A DNA stretch of 63,620 nt, filler included, from Octopus bimaculoides (Eukaryota), in the NCBI RefSeq assembly GCF_001194135.2. It is 5 parts of 5 records of this genome, joined end to end, with 100 filler letters (N's around TTAATTAATTAA, not from the genome) between each part and the next. Parts side by side here need not be neighbours in the genome. Positions count along the whole stretch, not along the records: positions 33,247 to 46,024 come from NC_068986.1; positions 46,125 to 60,344 come from NC_068984.1; 3 more parts are not named here. One strand, written 5' to 3'. Position 1 is the stretch's first letter, and every line of letters starts with the position of its first letter. A program made the position numbers and the translations under genes. Below the pieces are notes generated by a model that did no database searches, had not been told where the DNA came from, and worked only from the letters and a program-made list of their open reading frames with translations. This document shows positions 38,891 through 52,199 of this stretch, piece after piece.

Positions 38891-40364
38891 TAGGGAATAT
38901 CACCAAGTGACTCGCAAGGAAATATCCTTGAATTAAACAAGGGCAGACTGTTGTGGTACTATTGTCGATTGATGATATAGGGGCTGGAGCAGGCGTCACG
39001 ATATCTATGTCTATTTATGTGCAGCTATTTCTCGCATTTCGGGCAAACATTGTTGATAAAATGAGACGGAAGCTATTGCTGTATCGAATTCAATATTTCG
39101 TTCTATAAGCATTTTAATCTCACCTGTCTTTTTCTTTAACAAGTATGACGACAATAGTGGTGAGTGTCCAAACTGATGCAGTATTTTCGTTGTATAGATT
39201 AGAAGACATAACTTCAGACGTGTGTCCTCTGAATTTCTTTCTTCATAAGATTCTAAAAACTGAATATAATTTTCTCTCAGCTTTATTACTGTTCTTGGTT
39301 TTCTGTCCTTTCTCTCAAATCATAAATCTGTCTTTCGAAGACTAGAATGGACTAAACAGCACAAAAGAATACACGTGGAATGGAGTATCGCCGAAAAGAT
39401 CATGTGTGACGAAATATTTAAGACATAGGACTCAAAAATATGACTATATTTTTAATGAAAATTTCCGGATATGTTTTCGATAATGGTTAAATTTGTTAGG
39501 AAAAAATTTTCAGATAGGAGCGGGAGGAGTTTCTGATAATTGGCAAATCTCGAATTTTTCCGTCAAAAAATTCCGAAAACTGGTTAGTTTTTAATATTTT
39601 CTACAAATACGTTTCAGATGATGTAAATTACTTTTATACCTGAATTTCATGCGAAAATCTATTGAGTTGAGATCGAATAATTCACATATCTCGAATTTCA
39701 TCATATGCTCTGCAGCGTTTGTAAATGTTCTTCCACGCCCATTTCCCTGCATTAAATTCCGATAAAATCTTAATCTTCACCAACTGCAACGTATATGTTT
39801 TAAATTTTATTAAAAAATATCGTATTCTCAGAACGTTATGAGGAAAGAAATTCGGCGTGTAGGGTAGGGGGGGGGCTATGGAGGCACAGATTCATAGTTA
39901 TGCCGATTTGAAATGAGATACGACAGATCAAATATCCCTAAGGTGCATATTTCCATTTCTCATATGTACAAAAAAATATATTTACCAGTGACATATTCAA
40001 TCCGATTTAATTAATAACACCCACCTTTATGAGTTTGTGACATTGTTAGTAATCAACATGAAGTTTCGGAATATTAGAAATGTAACGAAAAATGCATTGC
40101 CAGTCTATCTTTTAATCTTGTGTCTATCACAGTGTTTCATCGCCACCTATCGGAATAACTTTTATCAGTTTTATCCTAACTCATTTCTTTCTTCACCATA
40201 CTTATTTCCCAAACGTATTTGTTTTGCGTCTGTATAATATTGCGATAATACTTCAAAGTCTCTAAAAGACAAACACGTTATTGATAAAGGTATAATAAAT
40301 ATATGTGAGTTTAACATGGACGCGGGAAATACCGTGCGGTCGACAAATTTCCTTGTGTTGCTAG

Positions 40365-40467
40365 GTTGCACCATTCCTACAACAAACGTTTTCTCGTGTG
40401 GATTTGAGAAGCTCGGAATCTCACGTGTATAATGTAGAAAGAGACGTTCTACAGAACCTGACAAAAG
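40365..40467 (+). other. candidate internal exon, phase 0 to 1 (VAPFLQQTFSRVDLRSSESHVYNVERDVLQNLTK)
   Basis: Acceptor ttccttgtgttgctag|G, perfect donor AAG|GTAAGT, exactly one open frame, non-repetitive sequence. Confidence 0.4.
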
Positions 40468-42672
40468 GTAAGTATGTGTATGCATTGAATAGTTATACAT
40501 ACAAAGACACACACACACGCATAAATATATATGATGACACACCATTTACGAAAATGGTAGCGTTGTAGCAAAATATTCCAAATTAAAATTTAATTCATCG
40601 TATACAAATGATCAATAAAACAAAAAGGTCCATTTATATGTTTATGTAAACGCATCAAGCAAAGGAGGCAGTCAGAAGAAACTTTACTGTGATGACGGAC
40701 ACTCATATAACTTAACGGTGGAGTTTCCCCTTGTCAGTTGCTAATCGATTCGTATCAGGATTTCAACACCTTCCAATGATGTCGAGCATCGACAAATATA
40801 CCCATTGACATTGTTTGCCAATATAAGAACAATCATTGACAGAATTCTGTTGGGAAACATACACTACAAAAACTCTTGAAAGATGAGCATTAAAACTGAT
40901 ATTTATTAAAATATTGATAAAAGAAGCAAAAACATTCTTACACTTTTAAAGACTGGACCAACCCAAAATAAGCTTAGCCAAATTAATATACGAAACAAAA
41001 TTTGAGAAAACAGGGAAACGGCCGTGATTAGGTTTACAGATAATTGAGATGAAGCAAATGACAAGTTTAATAATCTCCATTTCTTTAAAGACTTATTGAA
41101 AAATGAACATCAGTCCATAAGCAGAGAAAGAGAAACAATGATGAGGACAAAATACATTAAATTAGTAAATACATAATCTAATAAACAGGTAGAAGCATGA
41201 GAATACAGTGCTGCCAATAAATATAAGTATTAACATGCATACTTACGTATGCATACACACACACGCACATATATGAAAGTATAGCTATGATTATAAACCA
41301 AGATGTTAAAATGTCTGAGGCATCTGGAACTTCTCAGCATATATCTGTGCTTCACTTAAATCTTGTTTCATCAAATGCTCGATTACCAGCAGAACAGGCT
41401 CTACTAAGATTGAACCTATAAACTATTTGCATCATGTCAATCTGAATATACATCACGTTACTGATAATTTATTCTGTACCACCGCATATTTAGTGCTCTT
41501 TCTTTCATATGACTCGACCATGATATGTATAAAGCCACCTTTGTGTCAGAGCTTATCTAGCACGTCGTAGCTTTTCTACATTCTCTGTATAATTGTTCCT
41601 AGTACACAAAATAACACAATACATTTACTCAATATCATCCTGCAGGGCGAAATTATATGCAATTGTTGAAGCTCCTTTTAAAGAGCGTCGTATTGCTTCT
41701 TAATAGAATGGACAAGGCGCGTTTCAAATATTTACTCTCTTTTTCCCCTTGTATAGAAAGAAAGAAGCGTTTAAATTCATTCGATTTTATGTATTTTCTA
41801 ATTAAGGACATTTTATGTCGATCATACTAATTTCATTAATATATCAAACACCTCCCTTCAACTTTTATTTTCTTCAAATATTAAACGTAAAAGTGTTGTA
41901 GCTTTTCTCTTTCAGTAAATGTGTGTGCTTTATTTTCGATTGGAGACAGCGAGAACGATACGCAAATAGATAGAAATAGAAGGGGAGGAAAAAAGAAAGT
42001 GAGAGGGAAAGAAAGAGACAAAGAAAGAGAGAAAGAGAGATATAGTCGTGGGATTTCATATTCAAATTGAAACGCAATAGTATCAAGTAGGGCTAATATG
42101 TAAGTCGCCCTATCCAAAAATGCAATGTTCCGGAAACATCATTCAATTCATCATTTTCTTTAACAGAATTCATATTTCTTGTGGTATTTATTCTATCATT
42201 GTTTTCTATTTATTTTGGAATAAAATCGTTAGATTAGGAACAAAAATATAAAATAACTACGGAAATAAAAAAAATATGAAAAGGAAAGAAGAAAACCCTT
42301 TTATAACTTCTTGTATGTCCTTCGGGGCAAGGGCTGAAATAACATCCATATATCACAAGTTTTTCACAGAAGTTGCCAGGCTGTTAGTTCATATTGAGAA
42401 TTACCAACGGAGATGGAATGAATGATGATAGTGTTCTCGGCACGAACTTTATTGAAAGATGTGTCACGTCACTGTATCATGTTCAGAAAAGCTAGATTCT
42501 TTGAGAGAACTAGATATCATTTCAACTTACACATGATCTGCAATTATAACCAGAAACATGTAAAACTTCAGAAGTAGATTAAGGTAAACAAAAGAACACG
42601 CAACGAAGTAAATTTGTAAGTTATATATACATACACAGATACGCACACATATAATATATGTATATACATACA

Positions 42673-42720
<48 letters not shown>

Positions 42721-44049
42721 NNNNNNNNNNNNNNNNNNNNNNNNNNNNNNNNNNNNNNNNNNNNNNNNNNNNNNNNNNNNNNNNNNNNNNNNNNNNNNNN
42801 NNNNNNNNNNNNNNNNNNNNNNNNNNNNNNNNNNNNNNNNNNNNNNNNNNNNNNNNNNNNNNNNNNNNNNNNNNNNNNNNNNNNNNNNNNNNNNNNNNNN
42901 NNNNNNNNNNNNNNNNNNNNNNNNNNNNNNNNNNNNNNNNNNNNNNNNNNNNNNNNNNNNNNNNNNNNNNNNNNNNNNNNNNNNNNNNNNNNNNNNNNNN
43001 NNNNNNNNNNNNNNNNNNNNNNNNNNNNNNNNNNNNNNNNNNNNNNNNNNNNNNNNNNNNNNNNNNNNNNNNNNNNNNNNNNNNNNNNNNNNNNNNNNNN
43101 NNNNNNNNNNNNNNNNNNNNNNNNNNNNNNNNNNNNNNNNNNNNNNNNNNNNNNNNNNNNNNNNNNNNNNNNNNNNNNNNNNNNNNNNNNNNNNNNNNNN
43201 NNNNNNNNNNNNNNNNNNNNNNNNNNNNNNNNNNNNNNNNNNNNNNNNNNNNNNNNNNNNNNNNNNNNNNNNNNNNNNNNNNNNNNNNNNNNNNNNNNNN
43301 NNNNNNNNNNNNNNNNNNNNNNNNNNNNNNNNNNNNNNNNNNNNNNNNNNNNNNNNNNNNNNNNNNNNNNNNNNNNNNNNNNNNNNNNNNNNNNNNNNNN
43401 NNNNNNNNNNNNNNNNNNNNNNNNNNNNNNNNNNNNNNNNNNNNNNNNNNNNNNNNNNNNNNNNNNNNNNNNNNNNNNNNNNNNNNNNNNNNNNNNNNNN
43501 NNNNNNNNNNNNNNNNNNNNNNNNNNNNNNNNNNNNNNNNNNNNNNNNNNNNNNNNNNNNNNNNNNNNNNNNNNNNNNNNNNNNNNNNNNNNNNNNNNNN
43601 NNNNAAAAATTAAAAGATCACAGTAACGATCACCAAATGCCTCCCCTTAGATTTTTCTACCTGTTGATTCATTTCATTCACAATCCCCCATACGTAACTT
43701 GGACTAAATTCTTCTTAAGAATGTAGTCCATGTTACGTGTGGGCCACTACTAGACAACGCAGGACATATGGTGTTATTAAGAAGGTAATGATGTTAGTTG
43801 AATGCTTATTGTCTAGGACCGAAATTTTTGTGTGTAGTACAAAATTTTGGTAATTATTTGGCGACCCTCTGTCTGAAAAGTGCGGTATGGCATTTTAGTG
43901 ACATCAGTTCCATTGTATGTTTGTATGTGTGCACATAATGTGCAAATGTGTGTATTAGGTGTATGCTTGTATAACAGCTTAGTGTGTGTGTGCTGTAGGT
44001 GCAATCGTGTAACCTGTGTGTGTGCTCAATTTTGAGCCTGTGGACATGT

Positions 44050-44280
44050 ATCTGTTTTGTGTGTATGTATGTGTGTGTGGTGTATGTGTCTGTTTTATGT
44101 GTATGTGTGTGTGATGTATGTGTGTTTTATGTGTATGTATATGCGTGTGATGTATGTGTCAGTTTTATGTGTATGTATATGTGTGTGGTGTATGTGTCTG
44201 TTTTATGTGTGTGCATGACCGTGTTGTGTATGTGCCTGTCTTATATGTATGTATATGCGTGTGGTGTATATGTTTGCATA
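44050..44280 (+). repeat. minisatellite of ~36-bp units derived from TG/TATG microsatellite
   Basis: gtgtatgtatatg(c/t)gtgtg(a/g)tgtatgtgtc(t/a)gttttat repeated about 5-6 times. Confidence 0.75.
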
Positions 44281-44425
44281 TGTATCTCTGTGGTCAGACG
44301 TGTGCCTATCGTGATTAGTTGTTCTAATGTATTGGATGCCAAACATTGGCAATGACGTTTCCGTAGGAGTAAACAGACATGTTCTTGGATTAAAGTTTGG
44401 TCTGGACTAAATTCCTGATTTGAAA

Positions 44426-44820
44426 AAGGGGCAGAGATGCAGGAAAAGCAGTAAAATATGACAACCGTTGCAGACCTTGTGGGGTTAACACCGAAGATAT
44501 CTCCCACATCATAAGCAGCTATCCGAAAATATAATCACGGTATTATTTACCGATGAGACATGATATTGTAAATAGGACACTATATATAATGAAAGCCGTC
44601 GGAAGGATAGCCCTGAGGACAAAGAAAAAAGAACCGACAGTATGGTAGAAGTCATAACCGCTCATAATGCAAAGGAGTACTGGTGGAATGTCCCAGTGAA
44701 GACCTCAATAAAATGTAATCACAAGAGACCTGATATAATGATTTGGGATAAAGAAGAGAAACTGTGTAGAGTTGTGAAAATTAGCTGCCTAGAGAATGTT
44801 AAGATAGAGCTGAAAATTAG
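44426..44820 (+). mobile_element. internal fragment of R4/Dong-like LINE family 2 (CCHC plus RLE), cut by a family C insertion
   Basis: CRPCGVNTEDISHIISS, YWWNVPVKTSIKCNHKRPDIMIWDKEEK; homologous to 47810-48200. Confidence 0.9.
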
Positions 44821-45198
<378 letters not shown>

Positions 45199-45744
45199 TT
45201 ACGTAATAGTAATTTTAGAACATATATGCTGACCCTATAGCATCACAAATATGTCAAATCGCCAATGTCAGCGTCTTCCAAAATATTTTTTCCAAGCCTA
45301 CGGTTTGTCTCACCACCCTTTCCGAGTGCTTGTAAAAGTTTCTAATTGACAAGGTCAGCCTGGTTTGGAATCGTAGTACCTTTAGAATATCAATCATGTG
45401 ATCCTCTAAAACCGACTTCGATCAATGAAGAATATATTTTAGACTCCCTTCAGTTAATGTTTCCGTGTCTTTCCACTTGTAATTTTTAATTTTATTTTCC
45501 GTTTTAGTTCAATATCAAGCAATGGTATGAGCGCTAATTCTCCCGTCACCAAATATTGCCCGGCGTAATCTTCATGTTTGACGTAGCGTCACTAACAATA
45601 GAAAGACTGGGAACGATTCATTTCTTTGACATCCATTCCGCATACGCTTTCATTCATGCAAAAGTGAGTGAATACAAACAGACACACACACATATGTATA
45701 TATATACATACATATATATATATGTGTGTGTCTGTGTATGTTTG

Positions 45745-45820
45745 TGTGTCTGTTGCTTGACAACTGATGCTGGTGTGTTTAAGTCCCCGTAAATTAGCGG
45801 TTCGGCCCAAACGACCGATA
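45745..45820 (+). mobile_element. SINE family B internal fragment
   Basis: gcttgacaactgatgctggtgtgtttaagtccccgtaaattagcggttcggc. Confidence 0.8.
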
Positions 45821-45935
45821 CGTACTGTATGTGTTTATGTTGTGTATTTATGTAGAGAATATGTATGTATGTATATATGTATATATTAAAATATGTTTAT
45901 AGATATATATATATATATATATATTATTATTATAA

Positions 45936-45990
<55 letters not shown>

Positions 45991-46125
45991 CATTATTATT
46001 ATTTATGCGCCCTTTTAAAGCCTANNNNNNNNNNNNNNNNNNNNNNNNNNNNNNNNNNNNNNNNNNNNTTAATTAATTAANNNNNNNNNNNNNNNNNNNN
46101 NNNNNNNNNNNNNNNNNNNNNNNNG

Positions 46126-46458
46126 ATTAGAAGACTACAGATTCAAGCCATCAATGGAACTGTAAAGATATGTAAAACTTTCCAAAAATTTAGCACATAA
46201 ATACATATGCATGCATCTAGACATAAAAATATATACATAAAAACGCATCCATAAAACAAACATACAAATCTGCGCATACACTAACACCAAATACTGCACA
46301 CACACACACACACACACATATGCACAAATACCTAGATGATGTTGATAAAAGTTCCAATGAAGGAGCCTTGAATCTATGTTAGAGTCCGGCACTTTCTCTA
46401 TGGACAAGAAATACAGAAATAAAACTGATTGATAACATACATACATACATACATACAG
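46126..46458 (+). mobile_element. 3' end of R4/Dong-like LINE family 2 (ORF end plus 3' UTR plus (ATAC)n tail)
   Basis: RRLQIQAINGTVKICKTFQKF, a UTR matching the tips at 18189 and 19159, ending aataaaactgattgataacatacatac. Confidence 0.85.
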
Positions 46459-48670
46459 GACCATAGTGAAACCGATAATATTAGCACAGCAGAACAAGCA
46501 GCTAGGAAGAAGAGTGTCTGGGGATGTGCCGAGTAATTGTTAATCAACAAAGCTGTGATGTCAAAGGTGCGAGATCATAGGAGAAACCTAGTTTCAATGT
46601 GGCTAGACTACAAGAAAGCCTTCAATTTGCTAAAGTTCCAGTGGGAATAGTCAAAGCCATAGCTAACCTGACTTCATTGTGGGCCACCATCTTAAAATTA
46701 AACACAAAGAATGACTGTATTATCGCCGATAGAATACAGTATGGCAAAGGCATACTCCAAGAGAACAACCTCTCTGTGATGTTTATACTTTCTGTAAACC
46801 CCTTGTCATTCATGTTAAGGAAGTCTGAAGGATATCACATTGGTCCACAAGGAAACAGAAATAACAACATTACACACTGTTTCTATGTGGATGACTTAAA
46901 ACTTTATACAAAGAATATGCATGAGATGAAAAAGAGCCTTGATCTAGTTACAACATTTTCAAAGGATGTAGGATTGGTGTTTGGTCAGGATAAATGTTAT
47001 GTGGTTGTGAAAAGGGGGAAAACTATAAACCAGACTAGTAACATCCCCATCAATGATTTGACTTTTTCCCCTGTATCTGACGAGGAATGTAACTAGTATC
47101 TAGGGGTGGATTAAAATATATCTTACAATAGCACCTGTAACAAAACATGTCACAGAATATTACAGCCAAATAAAGAAAATTGGGACCTCAAAACTCTCTG
47201 CCTTCGATAAAACAGTGGCTCACAATGTGTTTGCTTTGCCAGTACTCATACCAACATTTGGGCTGCTTGATTAGACGCTTAATGAAATTCAAACCATTGA
47301 TGTGAAAACCCGAAAAATACTAACAAGCACACATAAATTCCACATCAACAGTGGCATAGACCGCCTCTACCTAAAGCGGAAACAAAGCGGCAGAGGCTTA
47401 TCATCAATCCAAAATGCCTTTGAATGTCGCATCATATCCTCTTGGCAACATCTTTTAACCAGCAAGTGTCGAAGTGCATCCCTTGACCAAGTTTGCATAC
47501 ATGAGGCTGATAACATTACAAGACTTGGAAGGCAGCTCCTTGAGCAACATTTTTTGTCTGATAACCTACAATACATTCCCAAACAAGTCGCACGACTCTG
47601 CCACGACGTATCATCAGATGAAAGAATGAGCCTATATGAGCAGAAGACTATGCACGGATATGTTAGCAGAAAGCTCCGTAATGATAGTAACATCGACCAT
47701 CAAAGCAGTTTATCATGGACCAATAGCAGGATTACTACCTCCCACTTCGAAGGGTATGCGTTTGCAATCCCGGAACTGGAAATATCAACCAAGTACCTGA
47801 CGCATAAAAGAGATAGAGATGCAGGAAAAGCAGTAACATGTGACAACCGATGCAGACTTTGTGAAGTTTACACTGAAGATATCACCCACATCATAAGCAG
47901 TTGTCCGAAAATGACATCACGGTATCATCTATCGATCAGGCATGACGTTGTAGCTAGGTCACTCTATACTGAAATCCGTCGGAAGGATAACCCCAAGGAC
48001 AAAGAAATAAGAACCCACAACATGGTAGAAGCCATAGCCACTCTTAATAAAAAGGAATATTGGTGGAATGTCCCAATGAAGACCTCAATAAAATGTAAGC
48101 ACAACAGACCTGATATAATGATTTGGGATAGAGAGGAGGAACTGTGCACAGTTGTGGAAATTAGCTGCCCAGCGGATGTTAACATAAAGCTGAAGATCAG
48201 TGAAAAAGAGAATATCTATGTTGAACTATTGAGAAATCTGCAGTTACTCTATCCTGATAACAAGTTCAGGTTTATACATGTAATTATTGAGGCCAAGGGA
48301 TATGTAACACACTGCCTAAATAACAATCTTGAGAAATTAGGCTTCTCAAAACCAGAAAGGAGAAAGCTAATTCGTAGACTATAGATCCAATCCATCACTG
48401 GAACTGTAAAAATCTGTAAAACTTTCCATTTAAATATACATGTGCATGTCTAGATATGCAACTATATGCATGAAAATACATACATAAAACATACAAATCT
48501 GCACATACATACATACATACATACATACATACATGCATACATACATANNNNNNNNNNTCTGCACATACATACATACATACATACATACATACATGCATAC
48601 ATACATACATACATACATACATGCATACATGCATACATGCATACATACATACATACATACAAAAAAACAT
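46459..48670 (+). mobile_element. 5'-truncated, disrupted R4/Dong-like non-LTR retrotransposon (RT, CCHC, RLE), family 2
   Basis: WLDYKKAF, GKGILQENNLS, FYVDDLKLY, RLYLKRKQSGRGL, CRLC..EDITHIISSC, RHDVVA, RPDIMIWD..VEISCP..K..EKENIY. Several in-frame stops and a deletion after DYKKAF. Confidence 0.92.
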
Positions 48671-48799
48671 ACATACATATATACGTGTGTGTGTGCGTGT
48701 CTGTGTGTGTGTGTCTGTGTCTGTGTGTGTCTGTGTCTGTGTGTGTCTGTGTGTAATAGGTAGGCTCAGTATGTAAACGAAAGTAAAGGGTGTCTTATT

Positions 48800-49050
48800 T
48801 GTATTAACAGCTTGATTCAGAGTCAGGTTACTTAATTTCACAAAAGTGAGGAAAATACTCCTGATGACTCGAATATTGAGGAATCCCGGCTACTGGATAA
48901 GACTGGATGATGAGTATGGTTCATTCTCATTGGTTGGTTTAGATCAAATGGAGGGTTTGATAACTGTGGAGGGACTGAGGCTATGTGGAAGGCAACTTTA
49001 GCGCGATACGCAGAAGTAGTCTCCCTTGTTCTGATTAGTAATTTCAGTAC
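48800..49050 (-). mobile_element. possible Penelope-like linker/GIY-YIG remnant
   Basis: Reverse complement reads NQNKGDYFCVSR*SCLPH..TVIKP...SSSLI, resembling G.F.C...C..C.H...T.I..P...SSNLIY. Confidence 0.3.
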
Positions 49051-49054
49051 TATT

Positions 49055-50100
49055 CTCAGGTCGCGAATTTCCAGGGATTTGGCTAAAAATTCAATCGGGA
49101 ATTTTCGGGTTTCTTTTCACCCGGAAATCTTCGGCTGTTTGATTTAAAATTAGTTATAAGAATGAGTAACTTCTGCTTAATTAGCTTTAATGGTTGTACA
49201 TATTATTTGAAAACATTTTTAGTATAATTGACCAATTGCAACCGTTTATCGTACTCATTGCTCGAAATCTTAGCTCCTGAAAATACATGTTTAGTAATCG
49301 AAATGCTTTATTTTTGAAAAATGCAAATCGTGAAATGTTTCATCATTACATGATAGAGGAATTCAGTCAATACACCGGTATAAAGAAGAAGAAGGCTAAA
49401 AGAAAAAGTTAAGAGAACAAGTGAATCCATTGTATGGAAATATTTTGAACTTCTAGAACGAAAAGACTGAAAAATGCAAAAATTGCAAGGCTGTTTTAAA
49501 GTGCTCAGGTGATTCAATTATCGGGATTTTTTACGCAAATTTAATGATAGTTCACAAAGAAATGTTCTCAGAAACTTGTACAATTCAAATAGTTTTTCTT
49601 TTTCAAAAGAAATTGACCAACAGAAAATTATCAACAGAAAATTATAATGAAACTATAGAACAAACAGTATTCACATTAGCATTGATGGAGTCCATAGGAT
49701 GCAATAGTTGATGTTTTTAATTAGGAAAGTTATTAGAGATAAGAGTTTGGTTTTTCTAAAGAATGGTTCTCATTTAATGAAGATGGTTGAGCGTCAATAT
49801 GATTTGGGAGAAAATGGGATTAGTAAAATAAGTAAAAGAAAATAGAACTCAGAAAAATTCACAATTTCTTTTAGATGGATATACATATTTAAATAATCGC
49901 AGATATTTAAATGTCTCAAGGGGTAAATTCTTGAATATAGGAATGATCAGAACTTATAGAAGATTCTTTGCTGAAAACAATTGAAATTTTAGAATGAAAA
50001 AGAAACATTCTGAACTCAACGTTGATTTGGGAAAATATATAAAAAATATATAAAAAATCTTGCAAAACAAATATGTAAACGGAAAATATATAGTTTTAGT
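49055..50100 (+). mobile_element. decayed hAT transposon (BED finger plus start of catalytic domain)
   Basis: ESIVWKYFE then (frameshift) KCKNCKAVLKCSGDS..G..NL..VH (BED finger), followed by KFTISLDGYTYLNNRRYLNV..FLNIGMIR (hAT SL..D.WTS..NRRY.N motif). Confidence 0.7.
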
Positions 50101-50514
50101 CCTAACTGATATTCTAATCGTTTTTGATAACTATAAACCTGTATTTCAATCTATCATCCTCATCCTAGCTATATATACAACCTTCTTCATTTATTTACGT
50201 ATATTAACTTGGCCTAATTAGAATTATGACATGCTGTTATTATGTTATCTTAAGAGTATTGCTGTGAGCATCAGTTATATTATACACATAGATTTCATTC
50301 GGTTGTTTGAGATGTTCTATACATTAAGAGTAAAGCAAATACTAAGAAAGTAATTTAATTAACGGCATTTGCAACTACGGTAAGTTTGAAGGTAGATTCA
50401 AAGTAACGATTAAGAAATCTATTACAAGTAAAGGTAGATTTCGCATTTTGGAAAATGGTTTATAATTATGTTGATTTGCAGCAAACTAAATTAACTTGAA
50501 GTAGTTCTTATTGC

Positions 50515-50570
50515 GCGATGGTCGGCTGAATTGTTCATAGGCTGACCAAAATATTCTCATGGAATGTGCT
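50515..50570 (+). mobile_element. mariner-like terminal fragment
   Basis: ggctgaattgttcataggctgaccaaaatattctcatggaatgtg resembles a mariner TIR (from memory). Confidence 0.4.
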
Positions 50571-51126
50571 ACGAGGGTTCTCATTAAATATCAGGTTATT
50601 ACAATTTTCATTAAACTAGTTTTTGTGCTTTCTGGTCAATAGCCCAAAATGTTTGCATGGATATTGAGTGTCGTCCAGTCGTTATTCTCGTTTTGATTAG
50701 ACAAAGGATCAAACAGAATACTTTGTACCACTTCTTTTTGCTTTTCTGAGTTTGAATTCTGCCTAAGAAAGCAAAGGTTTGAACATTGTGTATTGAAGTG
50801 GCACAAAGTATTCTGTTTTAGTACTAGAGGTGAATTGCAAGTGTATAAGAATCTACGAAGGTGTACCTATACGGATAAAAGTAGCGAATCTTTCATTTCA
50901 CAAATTTATAGATAAGTAACTTATATTAAAATTACTTTATTGATCTTAAACTGTTTATCTCATTTAGATTTTTAGACATTTCGTCAGCGAAATTATTGAA
51001 TGAGAGACGGGAAATTTCACCCCCGGCTAAGTGTTCCTTATCCCTATTCTAGGATGACAACAAAAGACTGATTGATGGTGGACCTCTTTAGCTTGCGACC
51101 CAAATTTTGGAACTTACCCGTCTCAG

Positions 51127-51351
51127 GAGTTGAGCTTAGTGATGATGATGTAGTGATCTGGGAAAACCAGGCAGCAAGCCAACAAGAGGCGCCTTCCCTC
51201 TCAAGCGAACGCCAGCCTTCAGGCACTCTTCACTTCGACTACTTCAAAATAAGCTTCATCATACTATACCCACTTCCTTTCGTAAAGCTCTTCTTTTCTC
51301 TTTCCTGCAATCTGAGCTTTATTTATAATTGCAATCTTGATGCTGAATATG
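51127..51351 (+). other. candidate symmetric phase 1-1 exon, 225 bp
   Basis: gtctcag|GA acceptor, ATG|GTAAGT donor, open frame GVELSDDDVVIWENQAASQQEAPSLSSERQPSGTLHFDYFK..., locally higher GC. Confidence 0.25.
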
Positions 51352-51745
51352 GTAAGTTTTTGTTGTTGTTTTTTTATTGTTTCCCCACCACCACCCCAAA
51401 GAATATTATTTCTGTCCAAGAGTATGATTTATGCTCCTAGAGTGAAATTAACCATTCACATTTTTATTTATATTTATATTTTTAACCTTTCGACTAAGTA
51501 GACGGCACCAGCTATAGTTGCTAGCTGGAGAATGGATGGAGAATGCAATGTTGAGACGATAGGAGACAATTGGGTGCAGTTGTTAAGGGCGCTGCCAATT
51601 TGGCGCAGCTAACTGGACATTGAACTAGTTTTAGCAATGGCTCTTTTGCCGATTGCTCTTTTTGTCATTGGACGCAAATACACACCATATACGTACGCGC
51701 GCGCGTGCGTGCACATATGCGGAAACATACTCAAACCTATGTTCG

Positions 51746-51814
<69 letters not shown>

Positions 51815-52199
51815 CATAGAGAGAGACAAACAGATAGACAAACCGACAGACCGACAGACAGACATTACAATATATTAATTGAACCCAATTGACTTAGATA
51901 CTTCTCCCCTCTCCATACTCATAAAAAGAAATATGCTCATGCACATAATGACAAGGGGAAAGATGGAAGAGAACTCGATTGCTACAAATACGTTTCTCCT
52001 TACGCGCCTAAAGCAAAAATACGCACAGTGACAGAGAGACAGACAGACAGACTGTGAAGGAAACAATTTAATCATATGATCCACAGAAATAGTTAAAATG
52101 AGGTTATCTCCCATTACATACACAAATGAAAGAAAATTTTACAAGAAAATATTCATGAATGAAAATCTTTGAATGCTATTTTTGTAAACGATGACTTTA

